Origin: an uncultured Spirochaetota bacterium
Lineage (GTDB): Bacteria > Spirochaetota > Spirochaetia > SZUA-6 > CAVTHK01
Length of the DNA stretch: 64,000 bases
Assembly: GCA_963734495.1 (NCBI GenBank)
Contig: CAVTHK010000002.1
Span: forward strand, 96,001 to 160,000
Direction of reading: 5' to 3'
A program made the translations under genes and the position numbers. Position 1 is the stretch's first letter. Every line of letters starts with the position of its first letter. The notes beneath the pieces were generated by a model. That model did no database searches, was not told the DNA's origin, and worked only from the letters and a program-made list of their open reading frames with translations. Below are positions 29,673 to 41,118 of the stretch, piece after piece.

Positions 29673-29804
29673 ATGCGCGTCATGACCTGCAACATCCGGG
29701 TCCTCGGCGCCGAGGTCGTCTCCGACGCGGTCGAGGGACGCTACCCCAGCGACCACTACTTCGTCGTCGCGGACCTCGAGGCCGCGCAGGAGCCGCGACC
29801 ATGA
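29673..29804 (+). pseudogene. Internally deleted endonuclease/exonuclease/phosphatase (EEP) family remnant
   Basis: 43 codons: MRVMTCNIR (EEP N-terminal motif) joined directly to VLGAEVV..GRYPSDHYFVVADL (EEP C-terminal motif). Confidence 0.75.
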
Positions 29805-30070
29805 CCCACCACCTTCACAAGGTACTCGACCTCCAGGACGGAGACGAGGTGCGGGTCGGGCTGACCGCCGCCGCAAACGTCTACCTCGTCGACGAAGCCA
29901 ACTACGCCCTCTATCTCGAGGATCAGGAGTTCGAGTACTACGGCGGAACCGCGAAGCAATCGCCGTACCGCATCCTGGCGCCCGGCGCGGGGGTCTGGCA
30001 CCTGGTGGTCGAGCAGATGGACAGCCGCGATTCGCTCAGCGTCGCCGTCCAGCTGATCAGAGCGCGTTGA
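29801..30070 (+). CDS. DUF1883-like small protein
   Basis: LQDGDEVRV, ANVYLVD..NY, YYGG..KQSPYRI..P..GVWHLVV; CAGGAG SD. Confidence 0.8.
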   Translation: MTHHLHKVLDLQDGDEVRVGLTAAANVYLVDEANYALYLEDQEFEYYGGTAKQSPYRILAPGAGVWHLVVEQMDSRDSLSVAVQLIRAR

Positions 30071-31007
30071 GCCGGGCGCGGGCCGCAGCGAGCGCTTCCG
30101 GCCCCAGCAGCCGGCCGAGCGGACCCTCGAAAGATTCAGGGGGAGGAGCGACGAGCCGGCCGAAGCCGAGCCACGCGGCGTCCTCGTCGACCGTCAGGGC
30201 GAGGGCGTGCAGCAGGTAGCCGGCCGCGGCCGCCCCGAGGGCCCGGCCGCCGTACTTGCGGTCGCCGGCGAGGGGGTGCCCGCGCAAGCCGGCCTGCGCG
30301 CGGATCTGGTGCGTGCGGCCCGTCAGCGGGAAGCAGGCAAGCAGCGTGAGCGGCCCGCGGCAGGCGAGGGGGACGACGCGCGTGACCGCGGCCGAGCCGC
30401 CCCCCTCGGAGCGGCGGCTTTCGTGATCGTAGCCGATCGAGTCCTCCCAGGTCTCCTCGGCCGCGACCGCGCCTTCGACGACCGCGAGGTACTCCTTGGC
30501 CACCGCGCGCTCGCGGAAGAGCCGCGCCAGCGCCTGCGCTCCCGCCAGGCTGCAGGAGAACAGCAGCAGGCCCGAGGTGCCGCGGTCCAGCCTGTGCGCC
30601 GGGCCGGGCCTGAACGACAGGGACGCGGGGCGGCGGCTCTCGAGGTACGCGAGCACGAGATCGGCCGCGGAATCGGGGCCATGGGCGGGCATCCCGGCCG
30701 GCTTGTTCAGGGCGATCGCGTGCTCGCCTTCGAATAGAAGAAGGGCTTCGAGCCGCCGGGCCGCTTCGCCAGGCGCCGCGGGACGGCGCGGCCGCCCGGC
30801 CTCCGGCTCGAAGCCCGGCGCGGAGATCCGGTCGCCGGCCGCGACACGGGCGGCCGGCGAAGACTTCTGCCCGTTCAGGCGGATGGCGCCGGTCCTGATC
30901 GCGCGGAAGATGCGGCCGAGCGGCGCGCCCGGAAACAGCCTGCGCGCGACGCGGTCGAGCCTGCGGCCGGCGTCGTCGGCCGCGGCGGTGTACACCCGCT
31001 CTTCCAT
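30057..31007 (-). CDS. RluA family pseudouridine synthase (S4 domain; RluC-like)
   Basis: GRRLDR, NKPAG, HRLDRGTSG, TGRTHQIR, GHPLAGDRKYG. Confidence 0.92.
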   Translation of the reverse strand: MEERVYTAAADDAGRRLDRVARRLFPGAPLGRIFRAIRTGAIRLNGQKSSPAARVAAGDRISAPGFEPEAGRPRRPAAPGEAARRLEALLLFEGEHAIALNKPAGMPAHGPDSAADLVLAYLESRRPASLSFRPGPAHRLDRGTSGLLLFSCSLAGAQALARLFRERAVAKEYLAVVEGAVAAEETWEDSIGYDHESRRSEGGGSAAVTRVVPLACRGPLTLLACFPLTGRTHQIRAQAGLRGHPLAGDRKYGGRALGAAAAGYLLHALALTVDEDAAWLGFGRLVAPPPESFEGPLGRLLGPEALAAARARLNAL

Positions 31008-31122
31008 GCGGCGAGCGTAGCGGCGCCGCGGCAGGCCGGTCAAACGCCGCTTGACATCTGCAAGGCGCCCGGCCACGATGCTGCGCGCCGCCTCCGGCGG
31101 CGCCCACGGCGGGAGCTCACGA

Positions 31123-32649
31123 TTGAACAAGGCGCAGGCTCTTTCCGACGCGCTCGTCGCTCTCGCGTGCGCCGCTCTCCTCGCGGGGCTCGCGGCAGCC
31201 GCGCACGCTTTCGACCCTGCCGCTCACGGGCTGTGGAGGGGCTACCTCACTCTGGTCGCACGCGAAGGCGTCGACACCCGCGAGGCCCTCGCGCGCGCCG
31301 GCGTGCGGACGTGGGTCGACGCGCGCGAGGCGGAGGCCGCCTTCACCGTGTTTCGGGGGCTGGAACAGGTGAGCGTGGCGGACCTGGAGGCGCGCTTCGA
31401 TCCCCTCGACCCCCGATTCGACCCGTACATGCGCTCGCTGGGGGCGTGGTTCGACGCGGGCGGCGGGTGGAGCGTCGTATACGCGCGGCTCGATCGCCCC
31501 GCGCCGCTTCTGGCGCTGCGCCTGCTCTTGAGTCTTCCGGGGTACGGGAGCCGATGGCGCATCGCAGACCGGGCCCCCGCGGCGGGGGTCGTGTCGCTGG
31601 TCGCCGCCGGGTTCCTCGTCGTCTGCTTCGGCATGAGCCGCAGAAGGGACCACGCCAGGACGGGTGCGATCGCGTTCGCGTTCGCGGCTTGGGCGCCGGC
31701 GCTCGCTCGTGGAGACCTGTCGGACCTGGCCGCGTTCCTGCTGCTGGCGACCGCCTGGACGCCAAGCCTGCCCGAGGCGCTCGACGCGGGCAGGGCGTCG
31801 CTGGCGCGAGGGGGCGCGGCGCGGATGCCGCCGCTGTCGCGCCTGGCCCCGTTCGCTGTCGTGCTGGGGCTCGTGGCTGCGGCCCGGCTCGCCGCGAACG
31901 CATCGCCCCTCGCGCTTCCTGCCCTCGCCTCGCTCGCCGCCCAGGCCGCCGTCTTTCCGGCGGCCGCGCTCCTCGCGGGGGCGGTCGAGCGCGCCGCGGC
32001 CTCGATGCAGCCTCACCCGGTGTTCCGGCCGCTGCGTCTCGTCTCGGACAGGGGCGACGGCGAAGCGGTGCAGCCGGCGGCCCGGCTGCTCGGGCTGCTG
32101 CCGCTCGGCCTGGCGATCCCGATGCTCGCGCTCGGCCTCGCGCGCCCGCCCGAACCGCGGGTCCCGGCCCCCGCTCGCATCGCGGGCGCGCGCGCCTACA
32201 CCTGGCCCGTCCTCGAGCGGCTGTGGACCGAGGGTGCGGCTTCGCCTCTGCCTGATCTGGCCGACTACGTGGTGCACGTCGCGTACCAGGAGGCGCTGCC
32301 CTACGGCCGCCCCTACGGGTTCCCGGTGGGCGACGTCGTGCTCCCGACGTACGCGGCGGGCCTCGAGCCGGGCGGGGTGCGCGGCAACGACGAGCTGGTG
32401 ATCCGATACGACGATTCCTGGCTGTCCCGCGCGCTGAGCGAGCCCGCCGCAGGGAGCGTGGAGCGACTGCTACTTGACCAGCGTTCTCCTGTTCGGGTTA
32501 AATACACGGCGCTCGGAGCGGCGTCTCCGGGCCTTTTGTTGTGGAACGGCTTGATGATCGCGCTCTACGGAGCGCTCGTTCTTTTTCCCCTCGAGACGCG
32601 GAGCGCCCCGCCGCTCCGGCGCGAGGGAGCGCCTGACCGTCCGGGATGA
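31123..32649 (+). CDS. Hypothetical multi-pass membrane protein upstream of rnf operon
   Basis: Long ORF with TM segments and soluble parts (FDPLDPRFDPY, LPDLADYVVH..YQE); start uncertain; TTGACA at 31051. Confidence 0.65.
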   Translation: MNKAQALSDALVALACAALLAGLAAAAHAFDPAAHGLWRGYLTLVAREGVDTREALARAGVRTWVDAREAEAAFTVFRGLEQVSVADLEARFDPLDPRFDPYMRSLGAWFDAGGGWSVVYARLDRPAPLLALRLLLSLPGYGSRWRIADRAPAAGVVSLVAAGFLVVCFGMSRRRDHARTGAIAFAFAAWAPALARGDLSDLAAFLLLATAWTPSLPEALDAGRASLARGGAARMPPLSRLAPFAVVLGLVAAARLAANASPLALPALASLAAQAAVFPAAALLAGAVERAAASMQPHPVFRPLRLVSDRGDGEAVQPAARLLGLLPLGLAIPMLALGLARPPEPRVPAPARIAGARAYTWPVLERLWTEGAASPLPDLADYVVHVAYQEALPYGRPYGFPVGDVVLPTYAAGLEPGGVRGNDELVIRYDDSWLSRALSEPAAGSVERLLLDQRSPVRVKYTALGAASPGLLLWNGLMIALYGALVLFPLETRSAPPLRREGAPDRPG

Positions 32650-32673
32650 AGTGACCAACTCAGGAGCCTGCCC

Positions 32674-34023
32674 ATGCCCGCCCGCGCCCTGACCCGCCCG
32701 CACGGCCGCACGTTCCCCCGCGGGGGCATCCACCCCCCGGGCGCCAAGGACCTGACGAGCACCAGCGAGGTGCGCAACGCGCCCGTCCCTTCGGTGGCCG
32801 TCGTCGCGATGAGCCAGCACATGGGAAAGCCGGCCGAATGCATCGTGGCCGTCGGCGACGTGGTCCGCGAGGAGCAGCTGATCGGCAGGGCGCAGGGGAT
32901 GTTCTCGGCCAACGTGCATTCGCCGGTGCCGGGCAAGGTGACCGAGCTGAGGCAGATCTACCTTCCCAACGGCGTGCGCACGCAGGCCGTCGTGATCGAG
33001 CTCGAGGGCAAGTTCGACCGTTCGGGCAGGGGCAAGGCGCGCAAGGAGTGGTCGGGCGCGGCGCCGAAGGAGCTGCTCGAGACGATCGCGGAAAAGGGCA
33101 TCGTCGGGCTCGGCGGTGCGGCCTTCCCCACCCACGTCAAGTACTTCGTGCGCGAAGGCCTGCGCTGCGAGCTGTTCGTGGCCAACGGCGTCGAGTGCGA
33201 GCCGTACCTGACCGCCGACCACCGGCTGATGCTCGAGAAGACCGACGAGGTCCTCGAGGGCATTGCCATCGTGCGGCGCATCCTCAACCCGGACCGCGTC
33301 GTCATCGCCATCGAGGAGAACAAGTCCGACGCCATCGCGCGGATGCGGGAGCGGGTCGCGGCCGCCGGGCTCGACGTCGAGGTGGCGCCGCTGCGGGTCA
33401 AGTATCCGCAGGGCGATGAGAAGCAGCTGCTCAAGGCCCTCACGGGGCGCGAGGTCCCGTCAGGCGGGCTGCCCATCGACGTCGGCGCGGTCGTCTCGAA
33501 CGTCGGGACGCTCCACGCGGTCCAGGAGGCCGTTGTCTACGGCAAGCCGCTGATCGAGCGCTTCGTGACCGTGACGGGGTCGTGCCTCGTGAACCCGGGG
33601 ACCCTCAAGGTGCGGATCGGAACCCGCATCCGCGACCTGATCGAGGAATGCGGAGGGTTCACCGAGGTGCCGGCCAAGGTCGTGGCCGGAGGCCCCATGA
33701 TGGGTCTGGCGGTGGCCGACCTCGAGCTGCCGGTCACCAAGGGGGTTTCGGGGATCATCGCCGTGGCGCGCGGGGAGGTTTCGCCGGGCGCCGAGACGAG
33801 CTGCCTGAGCTGCGGCCGCTGCGTCACGCACTGCCCGTTCGGCCTGAACCCGACCCGGCTCTACAAGCTGATCGATCACCTGCAGTACCAGGCGGCGCTC
33901 TCCGAAGGGCTGATGGACTGCAAGGAATGCGGGGTGTGCTCGTACGTCTGCCCCGCCGGCATACCGCTCACGCAGGGGCTGAAGCTCGGGAAGCTCGTTT
34001 CCCGCAGGAAGAAGGCCGGATAG
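32674..34023 (+). CDS. rnfC: Rnf complex subunit C
   Basis: GGIHP, GIVGLGGAAFPTH, NGVECEPYLTAD, YPQGDEKQL, two CxxCxxC Fe-S motifs. Confidence 0.96.
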   Translation: MPARALTRPHGRTFPRGGIHPPGAKDLTSTSEVRNAPVPSVAVVAMSQHMGKPAECIVAVGDVVREEQLIGRAQGMFSANVHSPVPGKVTELRQIYLPNGVRTQAVVIELEGKFDRSGRGKARKEWSGAAPKELLETIAEKGIVGLGGAAFPTHVKYFVREGLRCELFVANGVECEPYLTADHRLMLEKTDEVLEGIAIVRRILNPDRVVIAIEENKSDAIARMRERVAAAGLDVEVAPLRVKYPQGDEKQLLKALTGREVPSGGLPIDVGAVVSNVGTLHAVQEAVVYGKPLIERFVTVTGSCLVNPGTLKVRIGTRIRDLIEECGGFTEVPAKVVAGGPMMGLAVADLELPVTKGVSGIIAVARGEVSPGAETSCLSCGRCVTHCPFGLNPTRLYKLIDHLQYQAALSEGLMDCKECGVCSYVCPAGIPLTQGLKLGKLVSRRKKAG

Positions 34024-35019
34024 ATGGGGAACCCGCTGCTCGTCACCGCGGCTCCGCACGTGCACAGCGGCGACACGACGGCCCGCATGATGTGGACGGT
34101 CTCCGCGACGCTGGCCCCCGCGGCGCTCTGGGGCGTCGCTTTGTTCGGGGTGCAGGCCCTCTGGGTCCTGCTCGCCTCGATCGCGGCCGCGACGCTCACC
34201 GAGCTCGCCTTCAACCTCTGGCTCAGGCGGAGGACCCTCGCCGACGGCAGCGCGTTCCTCACCGGGCTGCTCGTGGGGATGAACATGCCGCCGGCGGTCC
34301 CCGGGTTCATCCCGGTGGTCGCCTCGGTCTTCGCCATCGCGGTCGTCAAACAGACGTTTGGCGGCCTCGGCAGGAACTGGATGAACCCGGCGCTCGCGGG
34401 CCGCGTCTTCGTGCTCTTCTCCTGGACGGCCGAGATGACCGCCTGGACGCCGCCGCGCGGCCCCGGCCTGCTGCGCCTGCTCGGCGCGTCGCCCGCCGAC
34501 GCCGTCAGCGGCGCCACGCCGCTCGCCGGAAGCCCCGCCGAATGGCTCGCCCACGGGACGTACTGGGACCTCTTTATCGGCAACGTCCCCGGGTGCATCG
34601 GCGAGGTGTCCAAGCTGCTGCTGCTCGCGGGCGCGGCGGTGCTCTTCGCGCGGCGGATCATCACCTGGGAAATCCCGGGGTCCTACCTGGCGGCGTTCTT
34701 CGCGCTGACGTGGGTGCTGGGCGGGCTTCCCGCCGGCGCGGGCTTCCTCAAGGGCGACGTGCTCTTCCAGGCGCTTTCGGGCGGCCTGGTGCTGGGCGCC
34801 TTCTTCATGGCGACCGACATGGTCACCTCGCCGCTCACGCGCTCGGGCCAGCTCTGGTACGGCGCCGGCGCCGGGGCGCTGACGTTTCTCATCCGGTTCT
34901 TCGGCGGGCTGCCCGAGGGCGTCTCCCTGGCCATCATCCTGATGAACATGGCGGTGCCGGTGATCAACCAGCTCACGCGACCGACGCCCTTCGGCAACGC
35001 GAGGGAGACACGCCCATGA
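34024..35019 (+). CDS. rnfD: Rnf complex subunit D
   Basis: KQTFGGLGRN..NPAL, FMN site DAVSGATPL, FFMATD..TSP. Confidence 0.95.
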   Translation: MGNPLLVTAAPHVHSGDTTARMMWTVSATLAPAALWGVALFGVQALWVLLASIAAATLTELAFNLWLRRRTLADGSAFLTGLLVGMNMPPAVPGFIPVVASVFAIAVVKQTFGGLGRNWMNPALAGRVFVLFSWTAEMTAWTPPRGPGLLRLLGASPADAVSGATPLAGSPAEWLAHGTYWDLFIGNVPGCIGEVSKLLLLAGAAVLFARRIITWEIPGSYLAAFFALTWVLGGLPAGAGFLKGDVLFQALSGGLVLGAFFMATDMVTSPLTRSGQLWYGAGAGALTFLIRFFGGLPEGVSLAIILMNMAVPVINQLTRPTPFGNARETRP

Positions 35020-35700
35020 GCGACCAGGCGCGCTCGCCCATGCAGATCGGGGTCCGGCTCTTCATGATCTGTACGGCCGCGGCCGTCGGCCTCGGGCTGG
35101 TCAACGAGATCACCGAGCCGAGGATCGCGGCGCAGCGCGTCGCGGACCGCCGGCAAGTGATCGTCTCGTTCCTCGACAAAGGCAAGGCGGGCGCGGCGGT
35201 CGCCGGGAGCGGCGGCGTGGAGGAGTACTACGCGGTCGCCGACGGTGACAAGGCGCTGGGCTACGTGCTCGCGCTCGTCGGGACCGGCTACGGCGGCGAG
35301 CTCAGGCTGCTCGCCTATTACGGCGTCGACGGCGCGATCCGCGTCGCAAGGCTCGTCGACGACCAGGAGACGCCGGGCCTCGGCAAGAAGGCGGAGACCG
35401 AGCAGTACATGGCGGTGTTTGCGGGCACGGGCGGCGAGCGGCCGGTCCCCGTGAGCAAGGCTATGCTGGCGGCGGGGCGGGCGCGGGGGCGCGGCGGGCG
35501 CGGCGGCGCCGGCAGCTCAAGCCGCCGGCTCGTGGGCGTCGATGAGCCGGGGCGGGCTGCGGGGCTGGTTGTTCGGCAGCTCCGGCGGCGCCGGCAGCCC
35601 GGCCGACGCGGTGACCGGCGCCACGATCACATTCAAGGGCGTGTCCGCGGCCCTGGCCGAAGGCTCCCGGTTCGTCAAGGCGCTCGGCGGGAGGAAGTGA
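35016..35700 (+). CDS. rnfG: Rnf complex subunit G; frameshift near 35480-35520
   Basis: N-terminal TM, GYGG, ETPGLG; FMN site DAVTGATIT in shifted frame. Confidence 0.88.
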
Positions 35701-36380
35701 TGTTTCGCGAGCTCACCAAGGGTCTCGTCAAGGAGAACCCCATCTTCATCATCATGCTCGGGCTCTGCCCGACGCTGGCGGTCTCCACGCAGGTCGTCAA
35801 CGGCCTCGGGATGGGGGCGGGGGTCATCTTCGTGCTCCTGGGGAGCAACATCCTGATCTCGGCGCTGCGGACCTACATCCCCGAGCAGGTCCGCATCCCG
35901 GCCTACATCGTCATCATCGCGGGCTTCGTCACCATCGTGGACCTCGCGATGCAGGCCTACGCCCCGGCGCTCTCGAAGGCTTTGGGCGTCTACGTGCAGC
36001 TCATCGTCGTCAACTGCATCATCCTCGGCAGGGCGGAGGCGTTCGCGAGCAAGGCCTCGGTCGGCGCCTCGGTGCTGGACGCGATCGGCATGGGCCTCGG
36101 GTTCACGGGCAGCCTGACGCTGATCGCCCTCATCCGCGAGGTGCTCGGCGCAGGGACGATCACCCTGTTCCCGATCCCCTCGCTCGGGTTCGAAGGCGTC
36201 GTGGAGGTCCCTGGCCTCCACACCTACCCGGTGAGGGTCATCGGGCTCGCGGCGGGCGCGCTGCTGCTCATGGGCTACCTCAAGGCGCTCTTCGGAGTCT
36301 TCGAGACGAAGGCCAGGGAGCGGAAGGCGCTCGCCGACGCTCGTGCGCGGGCCGCGGCCGCCGAGAGGAGCGTGGCATGA
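35700..36380 (+). CDS. rnfE: Rnf complex subunit E
   Basis: ENP..LGLCP.LAV, RIPAYIVIIA, IVVNCIILGRAEAFA. Confidence 0.95.
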   Translation: MFRELTKGLVKENPIFIIMLGLCPTLAVSTQVVNGLGMGAGVIFVLLGSNILISALRTYIPEQVRIPAYIVIIAGFVTIVDLAMQAYAPALSKALGVYVQLIVVNCIILGRAEAFASKASVGASVLDAIGMGLGFTGSLTLIALIREVLGAGTITLFPIPSLGFEGVVEVPGLHTYPVRVIGLAAGALLLMGYLKALFGVFETKARERKALADARARAAAAERSVA

Positions 36381-36968
36381 CCTACGTCGGCATCGTGATC
36401 ACGTTCGTCTTCGTCAGCAACTTCATCCTGGCGCAGTTCCTCGGGCTGTGCCCGTTCATCGGCGTCTCGAAGAAGATGGAGTCCGCCGTGGGCATGGGCT
36501 TCGCCGTCACGTTCGTGACGTCGCTCGCGGCCCTGGTCACCTGGGCCGTCTATCACTGGATCCTCGTGCCGCTCGACCTCGCCTTCCTGCAGACCGTCGC
36601 CTTCATCCTGGTGATCGCGGCCCTCGTCCAGTTCGTCGAGCTCGTGATCCAGAGGATCTCCCCGCCGCTCTACAAGGCGCTCGGGATCTACCTGCCGCTG
36701 ATCACGACCAACTGCGCGGTCCTCGGCATCGCGCTCATCGCGGTGCGCAGCTCCTACGGCGCGCTCGAGAGCTTCGTCGCCGGCGCGTCGGCGGGCATAG
36801 GCTTCCTCCTGGCGATCGTGCTCATGTCGGCGCTGCGGGAGAAGTTCGAGACCGAGTGGATCCCCAAGGCCGTTCCGCGGAGTGCCCATCGCTTTCGTGA
36901 CCGCCGGCCTCATGGCGCTCGCGTTCATGGCATTCGACAAGGCCCTGCTGAAGAACCTGATCGGATGA
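36377..36968 (+). CDS. rnfA: Rnf complex subunit A; frameshift near 36868
   Basis: QFLGLCPFIGVS, LITTNCAVLG; C-terminus GVPIAFVTAGLMALAF in shifted frame. Confidence 0.93.
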
Positions 36969-36985
36969 TCCGGGGGGACCTGCAG

Positions 36986-37801
36986 ATGAACATTCTGCGG
37001 ATCGTGGCGTCGTTCGTGTCGGTCGCGGGCATGGGGCTGGCGTTCGGCGTCGGGCTGGCGATCGCGGCGCGCATCCTGGAGGTCAGAAAGGACCGCCGGC
37101 TCGCGGGCGTCGAGGCGGTGCTGCCCGGCCTCAACTGCGGCGCCTGCGGCTACGCGGGGTGCCCGGCCTATGCGGCGGCCCTGTCGCGGGAGGAGGAGGC
37201 GCGGCTCGACCTCTGCCTGCCCGGCGGCGCCGAGGTCGCCTCGAAGCTCGCCTCCCTCATGGGCAAGGAGACGACCTGGACGCGCGAAAAGATGGTGACG
37301 CAGGTCCACTGCCGGGGCGGGCGCGACACGGCGAAGGTCAAGTTCGAGTACCGCGGCGTGCAGGACTGCAACGCCCTGTACGCGCTCTACGGCGGGGACA
37401 AGGTCTGCACGTTCGGCTGCCTGGGCCTGGGGAGCTGCATCCGGGTCTGCCCGGTCGACGCGATCGACACCGACGCGAAGGGGCTGGTCTGGGTCGACAA
37501 GGACAAGTGCATCAGCTGCGGGAAATGCGTCGACATCTGCCCCACGCGGGTCATGCAGTGGGTCCCCTACACGGCCGACCTGATCGTGGCCTGCAGCTCG
37601 ACGGACGACCTGCGGACGGTGAAAAGCTACTGTTCCGTGGGCTGCATTGGGTGTAAGATCTGTGAGAAGAAGTCCCCCGAGGGGGGCTACAAGGTGGAGA
37701 ACTTCCTGTCGCGCATCGACTACAAGGCGGCCGGCGACAGGAAGGCGGGAGCGGAAGCGTGTCCGCCCAGGTGCATCGTTCCGAATGTCAACAACGTGTA
37801 G
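36986..37801 (+). CDS. rnfB: Rnf complex subunit B
   Basis: LPGLNCGACGYAGC, CLPGG, multiple ferredoxin Cys motifs. Confidence 0.93.
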   Translation: MNILRIVASFVSVAGMGLAFGVGLAIAARILEVRKDRRLAGVEAVLPGLNCGACGYAGCPAYAAALSREEEARLDLCLPGGAEVASKLASLMGKETTWTREKMVTQVHCRGGRDTAKVKFEYRGVQDCNALYALYGGDKVCTFGCLGLGSCIRVCPVDAIDTDAKGLVWVDKDKCISCGKCVDICPTRVMQWVPYTADLIVACSSTDDLRTVKSYCSVGCIGCKICEKKSPEGGYKVENFLSRIDYKAAGDRKAGAEACPPRCIVPNVNNV

Positions 37802-37812
37802 CCAGTCGATAG

Positions 37813-39759
37813 ATGAAGAGAGTCCGGCTCGTATTCGGGACCCATAACGCGCTCGCCGTCGGCGACTACGACTTCGTCTTCGAGCGCGTCTACCAGAGAG
37901 CCTACAAACCGTTCCTGACGGTGCTCAACCGTTTCCCGGAATTCCCGGCCGTGCTGCATTACTCGGGGGTGCTGCTCGAGTGGTTCGAGAGGAACCACCC
38001 CGAAATCCTCATGCTGCTCGGCGACATGGTCAAGCGGCGCCAGGTGGAGCTGCTCACGGGAGGCTACTACGAGCCGCTGCTGCCCCTGATCCCGCAGGCC
38101 GACCGCCTGGGCCAGATCGAAAAGCTCACCACGTTCGTCCGCAGCCGCTTCGGGAGGAGGCCACGCGGCGGGTGGCTCGCCGAGCGGGTCTGGGACCCGT
38201 CGCTGGTGTCCGCCCTGACCAACGGCGGCATCGAGTACACGTTTCTCGGCGAGGGCCATTTCCGCGCCGCCGGGCTCGAGAGCGCGGAGCTGTGCTTCGC
38301 GTGCATGACCGAGGACCAGGGCCGATCCCTCGCCGTGTTCCCGCTCTCCGACGCGCTCGCGGCGCGCATGACCGCCGATTCCCCCGAAGAGGTCGTGGCC
38401 GCCATCGCGCGGCTGGCCGACGCCTCCGGCGAGCGCGTGGTCTCCCTCATCGAGGACGGCGAGCGGCTCGGCGACTGGGAGGGCAGCTACCAGACCTGCT
38501 ACGAGGAGCGGTGGCTCGAGCGCTTCTTCGAGGCGCTCGCGGCCCGGCGCGAGGTGATCGAGCCGGTGACCCCGTCGCAGCACCTCAAGGACGCGCTGCC
38601 GCGCCACAGGCTCTACTTCCCGGCCACCTCCTACGCGCAGCTGATGAGCTGGGACGGCAGGCGGCGCAGCGACTCGGGGCCGGTGTTCCGCCATTTTCTC
38701 TCCCGCTATCCCGAGAGCAACCTGCTCTATGCCCGCATGCTCTACACCCACCTCCTCGTGAGCCAGATCAGGGGCGACAAGACCCGCAAAAAGGTCGCCA
38801 GCGAGGAGATGTGGAAGGGTCAGTGCGCGAGCGTGTACTGGCACAGCCGCCACGGCGGCATCTATTCCAGCCACCTGCGCAAGCGGGCCTACCAGGCGTT
38901 CATCGACGCGGAGAAGCTCACCCGCGACAACGGTCTCTTCCTGCCCTCGATCAACTCCCTCGACTTCGATTTCGACGGGCACAAGGAGTTCCTGTTCCAC
39001 GGCGCCAACATCGATGCCTACGTGCACTCGACGGGCGGGGCCATCTTCGAGTTCGATTTCGTCCCCTCGAGCTGGAACTACGGCGCGGGCCTGTCGCGGC
39101 AGCGTGAGGAGTACCACCGCAGCGAGGACAAGACCTTCGATCCTTATCCGAGGCGGATCTTCGTGGATCACGTCTTCGGGCCCAGGACGACGCTCGAGAG
39201 CTTCCGCTCCATGAGCTATGCGCCGATCGCCGGTTTCGCCTCGGCGATCTACCAGCTCGAGGAGCTCGACCGGGAGAACCGGGAGCTCGCGCTCTCCCGC
39301 GAAGAGCCCGTGAACGATTCGTCGCTCAGGATCACGAAGCTCTTCCGGTTCAAGAAGTCCGGCGTCCAGCTGCGCTATACGCTGGCGAACCGCGGAGAAA
39401 AGGCGCTCCAGCTCTGGTTCGGGTCCGAGGTGAACCTGTCGTTCGCTTCGGGAATCGCGAAGACGCTGCGCATCAGCCGCGAAGGCGCGGACGACGGGGA
39501 CGAGGTGAGCCCCGAGGGCGCCTCCCTGTCCGCGACCAGCGGCATGGAGATGCGCGACCTGGTCAACAACGTGCTCCTCAAGCTGCGCGCCGACCGGCCG
39601 GCCGAGCTGTGGTGCTTCGCGGTGGAGAGCGTCCACCGCAACTGCCAGGCCTGGGAGCGGGAGTACCAGTCCACGTGCCTGCTGCCCCGGTGGGAGGTAG
39701 CCCTCGAGCCGGGAGCCTCCTGGAAGGTGGAGCTCTCCCTCACAGCCGCGCGGCTGTGA
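37813..39759 (+). CDS. GH57 alpha-amylase/4-alpha-glucanotransferase (DUF1925/DUF1926)
   Basis: YKPFL, LHYSG, GGYYEP, WLAERVW (nucleophile Glu), EDGERLG, YWH..HGGIY. Confidence 0.9.
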   Translation: MKRVRLVFGTHNALAVGDYDFVFERVYQRAYKPFLTVLNRFPEFPAVLHYSGVLLEWFERNHPEILMLLGDMVKRRQVELLTGGYYEPLLPLIPQADRLGQIEKLTTFVRSRFGRRPRGGWLAERVWDPSLVSALTNGGIEYTFLGEGHFRAAGLESAELCFACMTEDQGRSLAVFPLSDALAARMTADSPEEVVAAIARLADASGERVVSLIEDGERLGDWEGSYQTCYEERWLERFFEALAARREVIEPVTPSQHLKDALPRHRLYFPATSYAQLMSWDGRRRSDSGPVFRHFLSRYPESNLLYARMLYTHLLVSQIRGDKTRKKVASEEMWKGQCASVYWHSRHGGIYSSHLRKRAYQAFIDAEKLTRDNGLFLPSINSLDFDFDGHKEFLFHGANIDAYVHSTGGAIFEFDFVPSSWNYGAGLSRQREEYHRSEDKTFDPYPRRIFVDHVFGPRTTLESFRSMSYAPIAGFASAIYQLEELDRENRELALSREEPVNDSSLRITKLFRFKKSGVQLRYTLANRGEKALQLWFGSEVNLSFASGIAKTLRISREGADDGDEVSPEGASLSATSGMEMRDLVNNVLLKLRADRPAELWCFAVESVHRNCQAWEREYQSTCLLPRWEVALEPGASWKVELSLTAARL

Positions 39760-39815
39760 CCTGCCCGCTCTCCGCGGGTGTGGGCGTCGCGCCCGCTCCG
39801 CGGGCGGCGACGCCG

Positions 39816-41024
<1,209 letters not shown>

Positions 41025-41118
41025 TTCTTGGTCTCCTTGTTGCCGGAGCGCGGCGCGTCCGCCGGCGATCGGAAGCCCGGTTGGACGCGCAGCGCCAAAT
41101 ATGGTATGAACCCCGGGA

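Noticed and set aside
36377..37801. RnfA-RnfB fusion (474 aa in track)
   Set aside because: Artefact of the frameshift near 36868; the true RnfA C-terminus and stop (36968) are in another frame
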